Shown here: positions 1-13,729 of the stretch, piece by piece | Position numbering within the stretch: the stretch's first letter is position 1 | Layout of the letters: each line of letters begins with the position of its first letter | NCBI RefSeq assembly: GCF_009914755.1 | Contig: NC_060938.1 | Length of the DNA: 64,000 nt | Origin: the human T2T-CHM13v2.0 reference genome, Homo sapiens | Direction: 5' to 3' (one strand) | Notes under the pieces: generated by a model | The model's input: the letters and a program-made list of their open reading frames with translations, nothing else | Told to the model about the DNA's origin: nothing | The model's database searches: none | Program-made: the position numbers and the translations under genes

Positions 1-988
1 TAAACATCAATGCTTTTATTCTCATTTCAATTCTTAGCTGGAAATATGATTTTTCATTTCATTATACTTTTAATTTTTATTTTTCCTCTCCTGTTATCCA
101 TTGTTTAATTCTTTCCTTGAATTACTTACAGTTATTTTTTAAGGCACTTAAATATTCAATATGAAATAAAATTGTTCTCTTTTCAATGACACTGTGTAGA
201 GCATAATCATTTGCCTCCGGACTCCATCCAAGTTTGCTTCCATTTTTCATATAAATTATCTAAAAGCAACTCAGCTATATTAATGACTGTATCATATAGC
301 ATTCCTTCATTAAGATTTAATAAGTGTTTGTGGAATAATGAAGAACTTTTGTTGACATTTTGATATCGTGTATGTAAAAAGCTGTCACTTATAGATATTT
401 TGGAATCTATCTAAAGAGTTTATTGTGGGCAAAACAAAACATTTAAGGAAATTTTTAAAAATTAAGCCTTGGAAACTGTGATGCCCAAGAGAGTGAAAAA
501 ACTGGAATAGAGCACAGTTATGAGAGCTGTTCAAATGTTCTCAAACAACCCAGTTATTTATTGCTCTGATTTGGACTACCTGTTTTTCTCTTTGAAGAAC
601 CACAATATATGATTTATAATTGCCATTTGACAAGTAAATAGAGATAGAGTAGGTGATCTTAGTTTGAAAATATAAAACATATCTTCTCTGATATTGTATT
701 AGAAATTATTTTATTTTTTCTTTATGAAAAAGAAATTCATTTATTTCTTTATGAAAATTGTTATTTCTTTATGAAAATTCATTTAAAACAGAGTTTAGAA
801 ATGTAAAGATTTTTCTATTAAATCTAAAAGACATAATTTTACCAATGATAAATTTGATCACAGTGTTTTGTTTAATTTATTCCAGTTACAGAAAGTCCAG
901 AAAAACCTACTTTCTGCAAAGACGTTATCTTTTTAAATCTGTTGTTCATATATTATTATTATTATTTTATTTTATTTTATTTTTTTAA

Positions 989-1267
989 TTTTTTTTTTTT
1001 TGAGACGGAGTCTTGCTCTTTCGCCCAGGCCGGACTGCAGTGGCGCTAGCTACATCAGCGCACTGCAAGCTCCGCCTCCCGGGTTCATGCCATTCTCCTG
1101 CCTCAGCCTCCTGAGTAGCTGGGATTACAGGCACCCGCCACCGCGCCTGGCTACTTTTTCCTATTTTTAGTAGAGACGGGGTTTCACCGTGTAAGCCAAG
1201 ATGGTCTCGATCTCCTGACCTCGTGATCCGCCTGCCTTGGCCTCCCGAAGTGCTGGGATTACAGGCC
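989..1267 (-). mobile_element. AluY-lineage SINE, 5'-truncated by about 20 nt
   Basis: Poly-T followed by Alu reverse complement; CpG-rich; right arm reads CTGCAGTCCGGCCTGGGCGAAAGAG (AluYb3a/Yk-like diagnostics from recall); CATATATTA on both flanks as likely TSD. Confidence 0.93.
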
Positions 1268-3127
1268 ATATATTAATTTTTTGAATGAGATATGATGACC
1301 ACTAACATTAACTTTTATTGTAGTTGTAAATATAGTGGCAAGATATATAATGATCTATTAAAATATTTTCTGAAGCTTAGCAATGAAGTGATACATTTAC
1401 AAGGTATTATTTACATTGTTAAACTCTAACAGTTCTTCAACATTTGAATAACTAAATAATGATATGGTTTGCCATATGTTTCCATTTAATGAAGCCTTGT
1501 ATTGATACTTAAATGCTTCATTAAGTCACAAGCTGCCAAAATAAGTAGTTTTTCTCTTGTCATAAATGTGACATGGTTTAACTAAAAAGTCTTGTCATTT
1601 TAAAAATTAAGAATGCTTTTATTCTGCATATGTTATAAGCAACATTTCTCTCAATATTTCAGGTTTAAGTACAAAACATTTTTAGGAAGCTGACATTGTA
1701 GTTTGGGAATTTTTGTGCACAATTTTCTTGTCAGTAGAAGGTTGTATGCGTTGTTATAACTATCATTTCATCATAAACTAAACAAAGTTTATATGCCGTT
1801 TTCAAAAGCTTCTTGAAGTGACACCTGTTTCATTAACAACAACAATAATAATAAGCTTAAAAAGTCCTTGTCTGAGCTGTAAACACCAAATAAAAACTAT
1901 AATTTCACCAAAATCATATTTTTAATGCATCAAGTTGCCTTGAAAATGACAAGTTCAAAAAATGACAAGTGTAGCTATTCTGAAAGAACACATACATCTT
2001 GGAACAATTAGTATCAGAATTTGCCTTTTTACCTGGCCTATGAAAAACCAAAGACTGACTTTATGACACAATGATTTTTGTACATGTACATAAGGTCTAA
2101 TTGATGTTTATATTGAGCAAAAAGGAAGCATTGTGATCTTAATATATATAGTTTTCTAGATTAGGTTGGATAGGAGAAAGTTCAAGCATGAATAAGCGAT
2201 TATTTCCAGGTTGGTTCATCAAACATGGCTACTTAAAAGATCATATATTGCCACTGAAAAAAATAATATATTTTGCAAAACCGAGTTTTCAGAAGAAATG
2301 AGGCATTGCCATGTTTCAGTATTGATTTTTGATACATGTGTTTGAGTAGATAGGAAATGTTACTTGAAACTTTAAAGAATATAGAATCAGTAAAAATTAT
2401 CAAGGACTCTGAAGCTTAATCATTTCTTTTTCAAGTGTAATTCACGTAGTTTATTTTAATTTAGATCCTCAAATAAAAATTTTCTTTAAAACTATTAAAC
2501 TATATATTTTTATTTAACCTGTAAAAATTATAGTTACCTTCTTTCTCTTCTTTATGTATTCATTGCTACAAATTACCTCTCAGCCCCTACTAATATGATA
2601 TGAAAACGTAGTATTTGTTTGCAGAAGAAAAGAAATAGAAATATATACGGAATAAAATCTCAAATGCCTATGAGATAGCCAGTAATATAATACTGGTATA
2701 AAATAAGAGACGTTAGTAGAGTCTGTGGGTACATGCTCTGACTAAATGCATTCAAGTCAAAACAGCTGGTGAGACAATATGGCAACCACAATATTTAAGC
2801 CAAACAAAACATATTTGTAGTTTCAATTTGGACCCAAAGGCCACCCATTTTTATCCCTGGCATAGAGATTCCAAACTAATAAACATTGGTAATACATAAT
2901 TTACATTATAATACTATATCCAATGTTCTCTTCAATATACTATTCATTTATGTTATATTAAATAGTTGTCATTTTTAAATTTTTTTTTCTGTCTCTCCAT
3001 ACCACAGTGCCTAACACTACCAATGAACTGTAAAAATAAATAGCAAACCATAGGGTGGAAATAAAAGCAACATTATTTTCAGTAGACACCAACATGTTTC
3101 TCATTAAGAGTCGTAACAGCATTCTTA

Positions 3128-3389
3128 TTGTTATCTGTAGTATCATCTAACTCACTGACATATACATATGTCATTACTAAAGAAGGTCCAACTTGAGCCC
3201 AACATGCCATAGGAGACGCTTGTTTTTAATTATGAATCTACTAAATTCATCATTATTTTATGCAAATTTATTCATTCTTTCATCAAGGTTGGTATGGTAG
3301 AAAGTGCCCAACACCTTGATGAAATGCAAGTTTGATCAATTAACCCAGTAACCTTATCAGGAAAGGAAATGAGATTTGTTTTATATAAT
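3128..3389 (-). repeat. Inverted copy of 6140-6401 (L3/CR1-derived sequence)
   Basis: Reverse complement aligns without gaps to 6140-6401; about 23 mismatches in about 262 bp by hand count. Confidence 0.95.
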
Positions 3390-3427
3390 ATGCTAAATTT
3401 TATCAATTATAATTTGTTTGATATATA

Positions 3428-3589
3428 TACTCTCACCATGGGATACAACACTTGCTATGAAATTTTGTCCCTCAGGAAGCCCACAGTTCAGTGTTGGAGG
3501 CGAAGTGATAAACAGTAAGAATGCGCAAAATAGTGAGTCATATTAATAGCATGCACATGATACCATGTGAATAGTATGGGAATAGAGAG
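3428..3589 (+). repeat. Direct copy of 6636-6787 (L2-derived sequence)
   Basis: Shared blocks such as CAACACTTGCTAT, TGTCCCTCAGGAAGCCCACAGTT and AAGTGATAAACAGTAAG; about 85% identity by eye. Confidence 0.93.
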
Positions 3590-3729
3590 TTCATATGCAC
3601 AACTCTTATAAAAAGAGTCCAGAATAGTATCTCAAGGGTTTAAATAAGGTATGGTATAATGCATTCAGTTTTCTGGTTACTTTTGTAGAAATTTGAAAGA
3701 GAAAGTTTGTTTAAAAAGTCAATTAAGAC

Positions 3730-4045
3730 CGTGGGTCCTGAAACCGGTGGTTCATTAGAATCACCTGGGTATTATTTAAAACTACAGCCCCCAACCTTTT
3801 TGATTCCAGTTTGGTAGGTAGGAGGTGATTTCTAAAATATGTAGTATTTAGGACTTTGTTCAGGTGGTTACTTTCAGGCACTGGTTATTCAAAATGTGGC
3901 CTACAGTTTAGCAGCAAGTGTCTCACCTGGAAGCTTGTTAGAAGTGCAATAACTGAGGCCTTATAATAGACTTACTGAATCTGAATCAGCATGTTCACAG
4001 AGTTGCCAGATGGTTTGTGTGCATGTTACGATGTCAGATGCTCTG
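3730..4045. mobile_element. Two adjacent MER5A-like hAT-Charlie fossils
   Basis: CATTAGAATCACCTGGG and CACCTGGAAGCTTGTTAGAAGTGCA...TACTGAATCTGAATC motifs typical of MER5. Confidence 0.65.
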
Positions 4046-5340
4046 GATTAAGACACTGGGGAAGCTGATAGACCCTTAATGGGACTGTGACTAAGACTTG
4101 CTCTTGTTAGATTCCAGAGGTGACCAGAGACTGACTAAAATGGGCCCAAGTCTTGAGATTGACATTGACTCCAGAATGCCAAAGTACTACTACTTCACCA
4201 TGAGAAATTTCATCTGTCACAAAGCCCAGAGTATTCAGTTCAACATAATTAGCATCTTCTCTTCTAATGGGGACAACTATCTGGAAAGCCAAATTACAAA
4301 CAGAAGAAATTTAGAAGACCTTCCCCAAAGTCGTTAGTGAGGATAGCCAGAGGAACGTTGCTCATGTAGCCACTGAATGGAAATAACCCTTTGGCCAAGA
4401 CTCTCCTCTGGAGACCGTAAATTGTGTGATGGCAAAGTTCTTTATCTGATCCCTTTTGTGTGTGTACTCCACTGTTTATCTTCTATAGAGAGCTTCATTT
4501 CTTTCTCTTTAGCTGTATACTTTTATACTCTTGTGTGAACCACAGCCTTAATACTGATAGCTGCCTGTTAAATACACTTACAATGTACTAACTGACCAGA
4601 TCACCTGATTAAAAGAAATAATTATTTTTCATTATATTCTCTTAACTCAGTGCTTTTGGGGCTTGTCGTATTTCACCTAGGTGTTGGTTTTATAGTTTCA
4701 ATTACATCTTTATCATTTCAACATTTTGGGGAAATTCTTCAGTGTAATTCTCAAGTATTAACAATTATTATCTTTTCTAAGATTATTAATGCTTACAAAA
4801 TATTTATTTAATAACGCTTTTGAATGGATAAAGACAGAGAGAATCTCAGTAATTGGGCAAAATGAAAAGAGTGCGATTAAGTTACTTCAGATTTATTTTT
4901 ATTAATCTCTCCTTTGTGCTGTTGAGTTTAGCAATGAGAAATTTTAAAGGAGATCAGAGATGGATAATTAACTATTCTCTATTTTCTTGTTTCTAAAGTT
5001 TAAAAAATATGTTCTCAGCAACCCAAATATTAATTAGATGCTAATTAATAATTTTTCCCATGAAACATTTACAAAACAAATATGCAAATCCTCATAAACC
5101 AACTTACACTCTAGTGATAATTAGGCTATCATTATATTCAGGAGAAATTCTGATGAATGCATAAGATTTTAAGAGTATGACCTGATGCTAATATGGTGAA
5201 AACTTAAATTTTTTTAATATTGTTTCTCTCTGTAGCTTATAAGAAGAAGAATACATTTGTAAGACTCATATTTAAATTAATTTTATACTTCAGTATTCCG
5301 TTTAATCTTTGAAACTATAGCCACCAGTCTGATCTAGTTT

Positions 5341-5508
5341 AATGGTTCTTAACAGTTTTGGTTCATGAACTCCTTTGAGAATATAATGAAAGCTGTAAAT
5401 CACTCAACAATAAGAAATGTATTGTTTGTGGAAACAGAATTTTCCACACAGCATAGATTGTTCAAAGCTTCTCTAAAGTCATACATGGATTTCATATGTA
5501 TAACTCTA
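5341..5508. mobile_element. MER117-like hAT fossil
   Basis: TGGTTCTTAAC...CTCCTTTGAGAATATAATGAAAGCT resembles the recalled consensus. Confidence 0.5.
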
Positions 5509-5899
5509 ATATATGTGGGAATTAGGAGATCAGGCATCTAATCCTAGATGAATATTAATGAGTACATGATCAATAATCTACTTTATCTCTGAATATAATT
5601 CTTGATCCATAAAATTACATAGTAAATTTTTTAAGGTACTCTTCAGCTCTGAGAAAATGGATACTAAATTTAACTCTTAAATGTAGAGATACAGTGATTA
5701 CCTTCTTAAAAATATAAATGCAACAACTTAGATTTCAGATGAATATTGTCTTTCAAAGTGCTCACCCTGGGAGACCATCTGATTACTCTGGAGATATGGC
5801 AACATCACTCAACAGAGGAAACATATCTCAAAATATTATAAGAATTATCTTTTGTAGTTACCAGTGACAGAAGCTTTTTGCAATTTAGTATAGTGAAAA

Positions 5900-6420
5900 C
5901 ACTTTGCAGAAAAATTGCTGAGCAACTGTTGGGATTCTTTGAATCCCACTGAAAATTGGGAAGCGCCAAAAGACTGAGGCCGGGCAATACTACAATATTT
6001 TTTTCAATAGCGAAGGTGGTGTTACAGAATATGGACCATGAATTTGATATTCATAATTGATCAGATCCAGATTGTATTATTAAACAGATACCTTCCAACA
6101 ACTATGTACTAGGAGTCAGAGAAGATTAACTTAGAACAAATTATATCAAACAAATCTCATTTCCTTTCCTGATAAGGTTACTAGCTTAATTGATCAAACT
6201 TGCATTTCAGCAAGGTGTTGGGCAGTTTTTATCATACCAACCTTGATAAAAGAATGAATAAATTTGCATAAAAGAATAATGAAGTTAGTAGATTCATAAT
6301 TAGAAACAAGCATCTCCTATGGCATGTTGGGCTCAAGATGGGCCTTCTTTATTAATGGTATATGTCTATATCAATGAGTTAGATGATGCTATAGATAACA
6401 AGTTGATAGAAGAGCAAATC
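5900..6420 (+). mobile_element. L3/CR1 LINE ORF2 (RT) remnant
   Basis: Decayed CR1 RT motifs: PKD*xRA (cf. PEDWRRAN) near 5965, QTNLISFPDKVTSLIDQ from about 6147, then LHFSKV (cf. LDFSKAF). Confidence 0.75.
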
Positions 6421-6559
6421 CAACAAATGATAGAGTTAGTACCTTTAAACACTTTAGTAGAAGGAAAATTAACTGATTTTTAACATAGTACATATATTTT
6501 TTAAAATGAACATACCATTTTCTACTTAAATCCAGACAATAAATGACAGGTATACAAAT

Positions 6560-6966
6560 TTCAAGCATTCATTAAATATTTATTGGGTAGCAACTATATG
6601 CCAAGAGTTGTGACCCACACTGCAAAATATCTTGGTACTCCTACCGTGGGATGCAACACTTGCTATAAAATGTTGTCCCTCAGGAAGCCCACAGTTTAAT
6701 GTTGGAGGCTAAGTGATAAACAGTAAGGACGCATACAATAATAAGTCAATATTAATACTATGCAGATGATACTATGAGAATAGAGAGCACAAAGGTTTAA
6801 CTTTGACTTACTGAGTGAGTCAGAGAGTGCTTCACAAAGATTATGGTATTTGAGCTCTGTTCAATACAAGTTTGCCAAATGGATAAGGATTAAAGAAGGG
6901 ATAGGGAAGTCTGGCAGGGAGGACATTCCAGGCAGAGGAGATGCCAGCTACAAAGAAATGGAAACA
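6560..6966 (-). mobile_element. L2 fragment, continuing after 8114
   Basis: CATTCATTAAATATTTATTG...ACTATATGCCA is the L2 3' end; CATTCCAGGCAGAGG is an L2 motif; L2-like sequence resumes at 8115. Confidence 0.65.
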
Positions 6967-8085
<1,119 letters not shown>

Positions 8086-8579
8086 TTAAAAAAAAAAACA
8101 AAGAAATGGAAACATGCTGCATTTAGGGGAACTGCAAGGAGTTCCAAATAAATTCAAGAGAGTAAAGAAAGTGTAGGCAAGCTAGAAAGTGTAGATTAAA
8201 AAGGATTGAGTTTTTAAGTGGGGAAAGGAGTATAAGGGAATTAAATTTCAGTTAATTCCTGTTCTATACAGGCATCAATTAGATGCTTTTCACTCATTGA
8301 CCTCAATCCACTATAACACTGTTAATGGGGAAACCATTATTAATGGGGAATTATTCCTGTTTTGAAAAGAGAAAAATTGAAGCACAAAGATTAAATAACT
8401 TGCTAAGGCTTCGTTTGTTGAATTGAAAAGTCACTATATAGAATATAGAGGAAAGTGGCACCTTGTGTGAAAAGAGGAGAGAAAAAAATTATGAGCTTAG
8501 TTTTGGACATGCTGTTAAGATATCCAAACATTTCCAACCACCTTTGATATGTCTTGTGGGTATGTGTTTGGCATACATG

Positions 8580-9075
8580 ATTGTGGTGGCTATTGTTTTT
8601 GGGTTGTCAAACTTCTTTGCCCTCTTCTGGTAACAGAGCTAACTTCTCTGCTTATTGGGTAAGCACACAATGAATTGAAATAATCTAAAGAGCTCATTCC
8701 CACACCCAAACATTTTCAAAATGGACATTGATCCAAGCAAACCCATTTAGTGTCTTTCCCTGCTAATTTTCCTACTAGAGCCAATAGGGAAGAGTGCCTT
8801 TTTCCTTCCCTATTATTGAAGCTATAATATCACCACCACAAATCTGCCATGTCCATGTCTGCACCACTTGGAAAAACTCAAAAAGTGAAGGTTCCTAGCA
8901 TAGAGACCCCACTATAGATCCCAGAAGTCCCCAAAATTGACCTGGTTTTGACTACTATTTTTTGAGCTTTCAATGTATTTCAGTTTCTTTCCAATAAATC
9001 AATAAATTCTCTGAGTGTTAAAATTAATTTATGCTCTGCTACTGTTTCTTGCTTGTAAAGTGTCTTAACTAAACA
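8580..9075. mobile_element. Old MaLR (MLT1-type) LTR
   Basis: CCCTCTTCTGGTAACAG start; CAATAAATTCTC...TTTCTTGCTTGTAA...TCTTAACTAAACA end. Confidence 0.5.
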
Positions 9076-10355
9076 TTAAACTCTAGAGTTCCTTCCATTG
9101 TTCAAATGGAAGTTGGCTAGATGATTTCCAATGACACATTGGCTCCGTGCCTTCAGCTGCCTTTGCTCTAGGTGGTTTTGCTGTTTGTCAAATCCAAACT
9201 CAATCTCAAAGGAAGTAGTATGATACTAATCAGCTATCCTAGGAAAGAGGAGATCTTTATTTAAAAACAAACCAAACACTGGCAACATAACTGGATTAAC
9301 TGTAGAGTCTCTCAGTTGACTATATTCAAAGCAGTCACATTCATTTTATATTCTCATAGATTGGTTATCTTGTTGGCTTACATTCTACTTAAAATTGAAA
9401 AATAATGAAAAAAACTATGACACATTAATTGCACTTTATGTTTTATTCTCTTTCATCACTCTTCTCTGTATGTACATTTATGTTTATAAATATTTAAACT
9501 TCAAGCAGATTTCTAGAACTCATTTGACTAAAATTAACTAGTCCTCCTTAAATCTTTTCAATTTCTTAAAAAACTATTTATCTCTAGATTGAAACCACTT
9601 TTCTAATTTCTTCTATTTAGTTACAAACTTTTTATTCTATTATGTGTATTGAACTCTGGAACATAATTCAATTGTGCTATAACTTTAACATTGTCAATTT
9701 TATCACTCTTATTTTGATTTTTAAAATGTCCTTTTAGCTTTCACACTTCTAATCTTTATCTTAAATATGTTTTAACTTCATTATAAAACTCTTCTACCAT
9801 CATGCATGACTGCTCCCTAGTGCATGACCACAGTCTTAGACACTCTCTATATTCATCCAATTCTAATTACTCTTGTTAACACTTTGTTTTCTTTGCCCTA
9901 GAGTGCATTTTGCTTACTGGACATCTTAGACATTCAGATTGCCATGCGTGTTATATCTACATATCTATTTTTATGTATGGATGGATTTTTTATTTATGGA
10001 TGGATTTCATTTGAAACATTCTAGGCATTATATAAAAATACTTTTTTTTCTCACTATGACCATTAAGCCACTTCATTAACTCACACACAAGAAAATTGTT
10101 GGATAGGATTTGGTTAAAAGGGGTCAAGAGTGAGAATCAGTAAATGCACAAGGAAAAAGGGAGAACAGTGCATTCATAGGCACATTTGTAGCATAGACTT
10201 GTGCCATTTGAAATAAAAAAAAAATTCAGAGGCTGCTTACAACCTGCCCAATGAAGTCCAAACTTTTAAGCAAGATACTGAGTCATGAATATGATCTTCC
10301 CTTCCATCTTCAACTCCACTAAACCTAGTTCCAGTCAGACTTTTTTTTTTTTTTT

Positions 10356-10718
10356 TGTATTAGTCCCTTCTCATGCTGTTAATAAAGACACACTCAAGAC
10401 TGGGTAATTTATAAAGTCAAGAGATTTAATTGACTCACAGTTCCACGTGGTTGGAGAGGTCTCACAATCATGGCAGAAGACAAAGGAGGAGAAAAGTCAC
10501 ATCTTTCATGGCAGCCGGCAAACAGAGCATGTGCAGGGGAACTCCCCTTTAAAAAACCATCAGATCTTGTGAGACTCATTCAGTATCACGAGAACAGCAC
10601 GGGAAAGATCCGCCCCCATGATTCAAGTACCTCCCACTGGGTTTCTCCCATGATGTGGGAATTATGGGAGCTATAATTCAAGAAGAAATTTGGTTGGGGA
10701 CGCAGCCAAACCATATGG
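10356..10718 (-). mobile_element. THE1 (MaLR) solo LTR
   Basis: TGTATTAGTCC...AAGACTGGGTAATTTATAAAG...GGGGACGCAGCCAAACCATAT, about 363 bp. Confidence 0.93.
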
Positions 10719-11212
10719 CTACTAAAACACACTCTAGTTTCTTGATTATTTGTCTTTTTAATGCTGTTCCATTTTCCAGAAAATTTCATCATGCTAAACT
10801 GTCAAGAGTTTTACTTCAGATATACCTACAAGTTTATCTTTACAGTATTTTGATACTTTCCCTAGGCCCACACATGATTTTTTTTTTGCAAATTAGAGGT
10901 TGAAATGGAGAGTAAGCAAAATGAGTTAAATTTAAATGCTAATAACATTTGTTGACTTTCTTGTTGAATTAGTCACATTCTGCTTATAGTAAAAATTGGT
11001 AAATAAGCTTTTTCTCATATCATAAGGTGTATTCATTATTTTCCTTTCTTTACTTCCCAAAGATATTTAAGATTATTTACAAAAATGAATGCATTTCATT
11101 TCATCTTAGACTTATTTATTATTTTTTTCTCTAAACAAATGAGAATACTTCAGGGACCATAGTGATAAAGGCACATAATTGATCCTTCCTTTTCCATTGA
11201 AATTATCTATAG

Positions 11213-11413
<201 letters not shown>

Positions 11414-11488
11414 TAGAAGAAAATATATTACAGAGTTCGAATAGGAAAGAGTGCCAACTTCAACACAGATAATTAAAAAATTATTTCA

Positions 11489-11786
<298 letters not shown>

Positions 11787-12274
11787 CTAACACACATGGG
11801 TCTAGTTACAATGTGATTATTGAGAACCTTTCATATCTTCACTTTCTACAAGTTATCTAATTCATTAGGCTAAGAGTGAGGGCTGCCTTGGGAAAAATAA
11901 AATAAAATCCATCGATTAGGAGAAGCAATAATTGGGGACAATGGTAACATGCAAATTTCACCTGGATTCTTCTCTGCCCCTGCAAATATGCTCTTATGAA
12001 ACCAGCAATAAACCTACCTGAGGTCACTTAGCAGCTATCTGCATTAAAAAGACAGCAAAGGGCTACTCACTTGCAGACCTCCAGCATTATATAATGCATA
12101 AAGGTAGAATTAAAAGTGAGAGCGGGCAAAGAGGCAGAAGGAGAGCACACTGTATAGGTTTTGTTTGTTTGTTTGTTTGTTGCTGTTATGTATCAGTAGC
12201 ACATCAAAAGTCTTGCTCAATATCCACACATGGGTTACCTGAAGGAGAAAGCACAGAGTATGGTGAGTAGTAAA

Positions 12275-13337
12275 ACTAAGGAGGGTGCTGTGAAAAGCCA
12301 TTTGGTTTCAGAAAGGCCTTGCACTTGGTTTAACGCTTTGTTGTTCCATCTTGAAGACCATAATTATTTTATCTTGGAATTTGTAATTCGTAGGTGAAGT
12401 TCAGTGAGACAATATAATACATGAGTGAGCAGTAGCGGTATGTGCCATATGTGTGTTCATTGCCATTCCTTGCTGCATGGTCACACATAGCATTTCCAGT
12501 GTCTCATGAACTATATACAGAATTCCAGTGGTCCCATATCACATGAGAGTTTAGCAAGACTCAAAGTTAGTACAAAGTGTTTTGCATCTATGACTGAGTG
12601 AGGGCACTGGCAGCTCTGAGAAGCTGAGCTTTCCCTCAGAAACGGAATTTGGGTCAAATGAAAGAAGGCAGTGTTTTAAGAAGTAGCTCTTGACTCTTAG
12701 GGATGGATTTTGAGGAAAAAACAAGACTAAACAAAAACATGTAGCTCCCTATGTTTTCTCTCTAGGTTGTTGGACTGAAATATGCATTTTAGCTTTGTGT
12801 GTTTCTAAAATAAACATTTCTAAAATTTACAGTAAAAAAAAGCATAATCAAAGAATCCTATCATTTTCTTTCTTACTTATGTAACTTGTCTGTATTAACC
12901 AACCACTTTTAATGAAAATGATGGCATAGAAAGGGAAAGACAGGATAACCCATATCTTCTTTTCCTTTCAGCCCACCTTTATGAGTAAGCCAAAGATAGA
13001 GAATGTCGGTGGAATGCAAGCACAGCAAAACGTAAAATAAAAACATTTGAGTTGGTTTTATGCAGGTTTTGACTGTAATGGTAAGAACGAAACATACATA
13101 CAAGTACTAGCTATGAACTGTGCAGTTTCAGTAATGTTGCACTAGTTAAGTGTGCTTGTATTTGTATTTAAAGCTGGCATTCATTGCACAATATGAACAT
13201 GAATGGTAAACACTTGTTACCAATTTAATTTTTTAAATTTTTGTTTGCTTAGAATGGCATTAAATAGTAAATCTAAAGCAAAAAGGCTTTTCATTTTCAT
13301 TTTGCATTTAGCCCTACAAATTACATATCTAGCCTTA
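12275..13337 (+). mobile_element. MER45B-like hAT (Tip100-type) DNA transposon, interrupted at 12684-12841
   Basis: CAGAAAGGCCTTGCACTTGGTTTAA near the 5' end and TTTTCATTTTGCATTTAGCCCTACAAATTA near the 3' end match MER45 subterminal motifs. Confidence 0.75.
12684..12841 (+). pseudogene. Putative 5'-truncated retrocopy of an mRNA 3' end (source gene unknown)
   Basis: Non-MER45 insert with AATAAA at 12809-12814 and A8 from 12834; TTTT/AAGA endonuclease-like site; short degenerate TSD AAGAAGTA/AAAAAGCA. Confidence 0.65.
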
Positions 13338-13729
13338 GATGGCGGACCATGTAATCTGATTTGGGACAGTAAGATTGATGATAATGTTTGCTACGAGCCA
13401 CAAGGAAAAATGGTCCTTTGCTTTCTGGTTCTAAAAGAGACTCAACTTTTCTCTCCCTGAACATGTAATATAGGAATATTGATAATATTGAAACCATATT
13501 AATGGTTAACCTTTGAATGAAGGTGACAGTATGAAGCAAATTGAAGGGCGGGAAACAAACCAGGCCCTTGATGACGTTGTTGAATCTTTGAATAAGACCA
13601 ATAAATACCCATTGAATGGAAGAGTAAATAAGTCAATGAATCTTTATTTGAAACTGAGTAGGGCTTTCTGTCATTTGTTATCTCTTATATGTTCATTTAT
13701 ACAAGACTGAGATGAAAACAGATATATTG

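Noticed and set aside
4098-4337. 79-aa ORF (and antisense 61-aa ORF) in apparently non-repeat DNA
   Set aside because: Non-ATG start, no recognisable domain and no partner exons; this length is expected by chance
5236-5258. 23-nt candidate plus-strand exon
   Set aside because: Weak donor context (TTT|GTAAGA) and not frame-preserving
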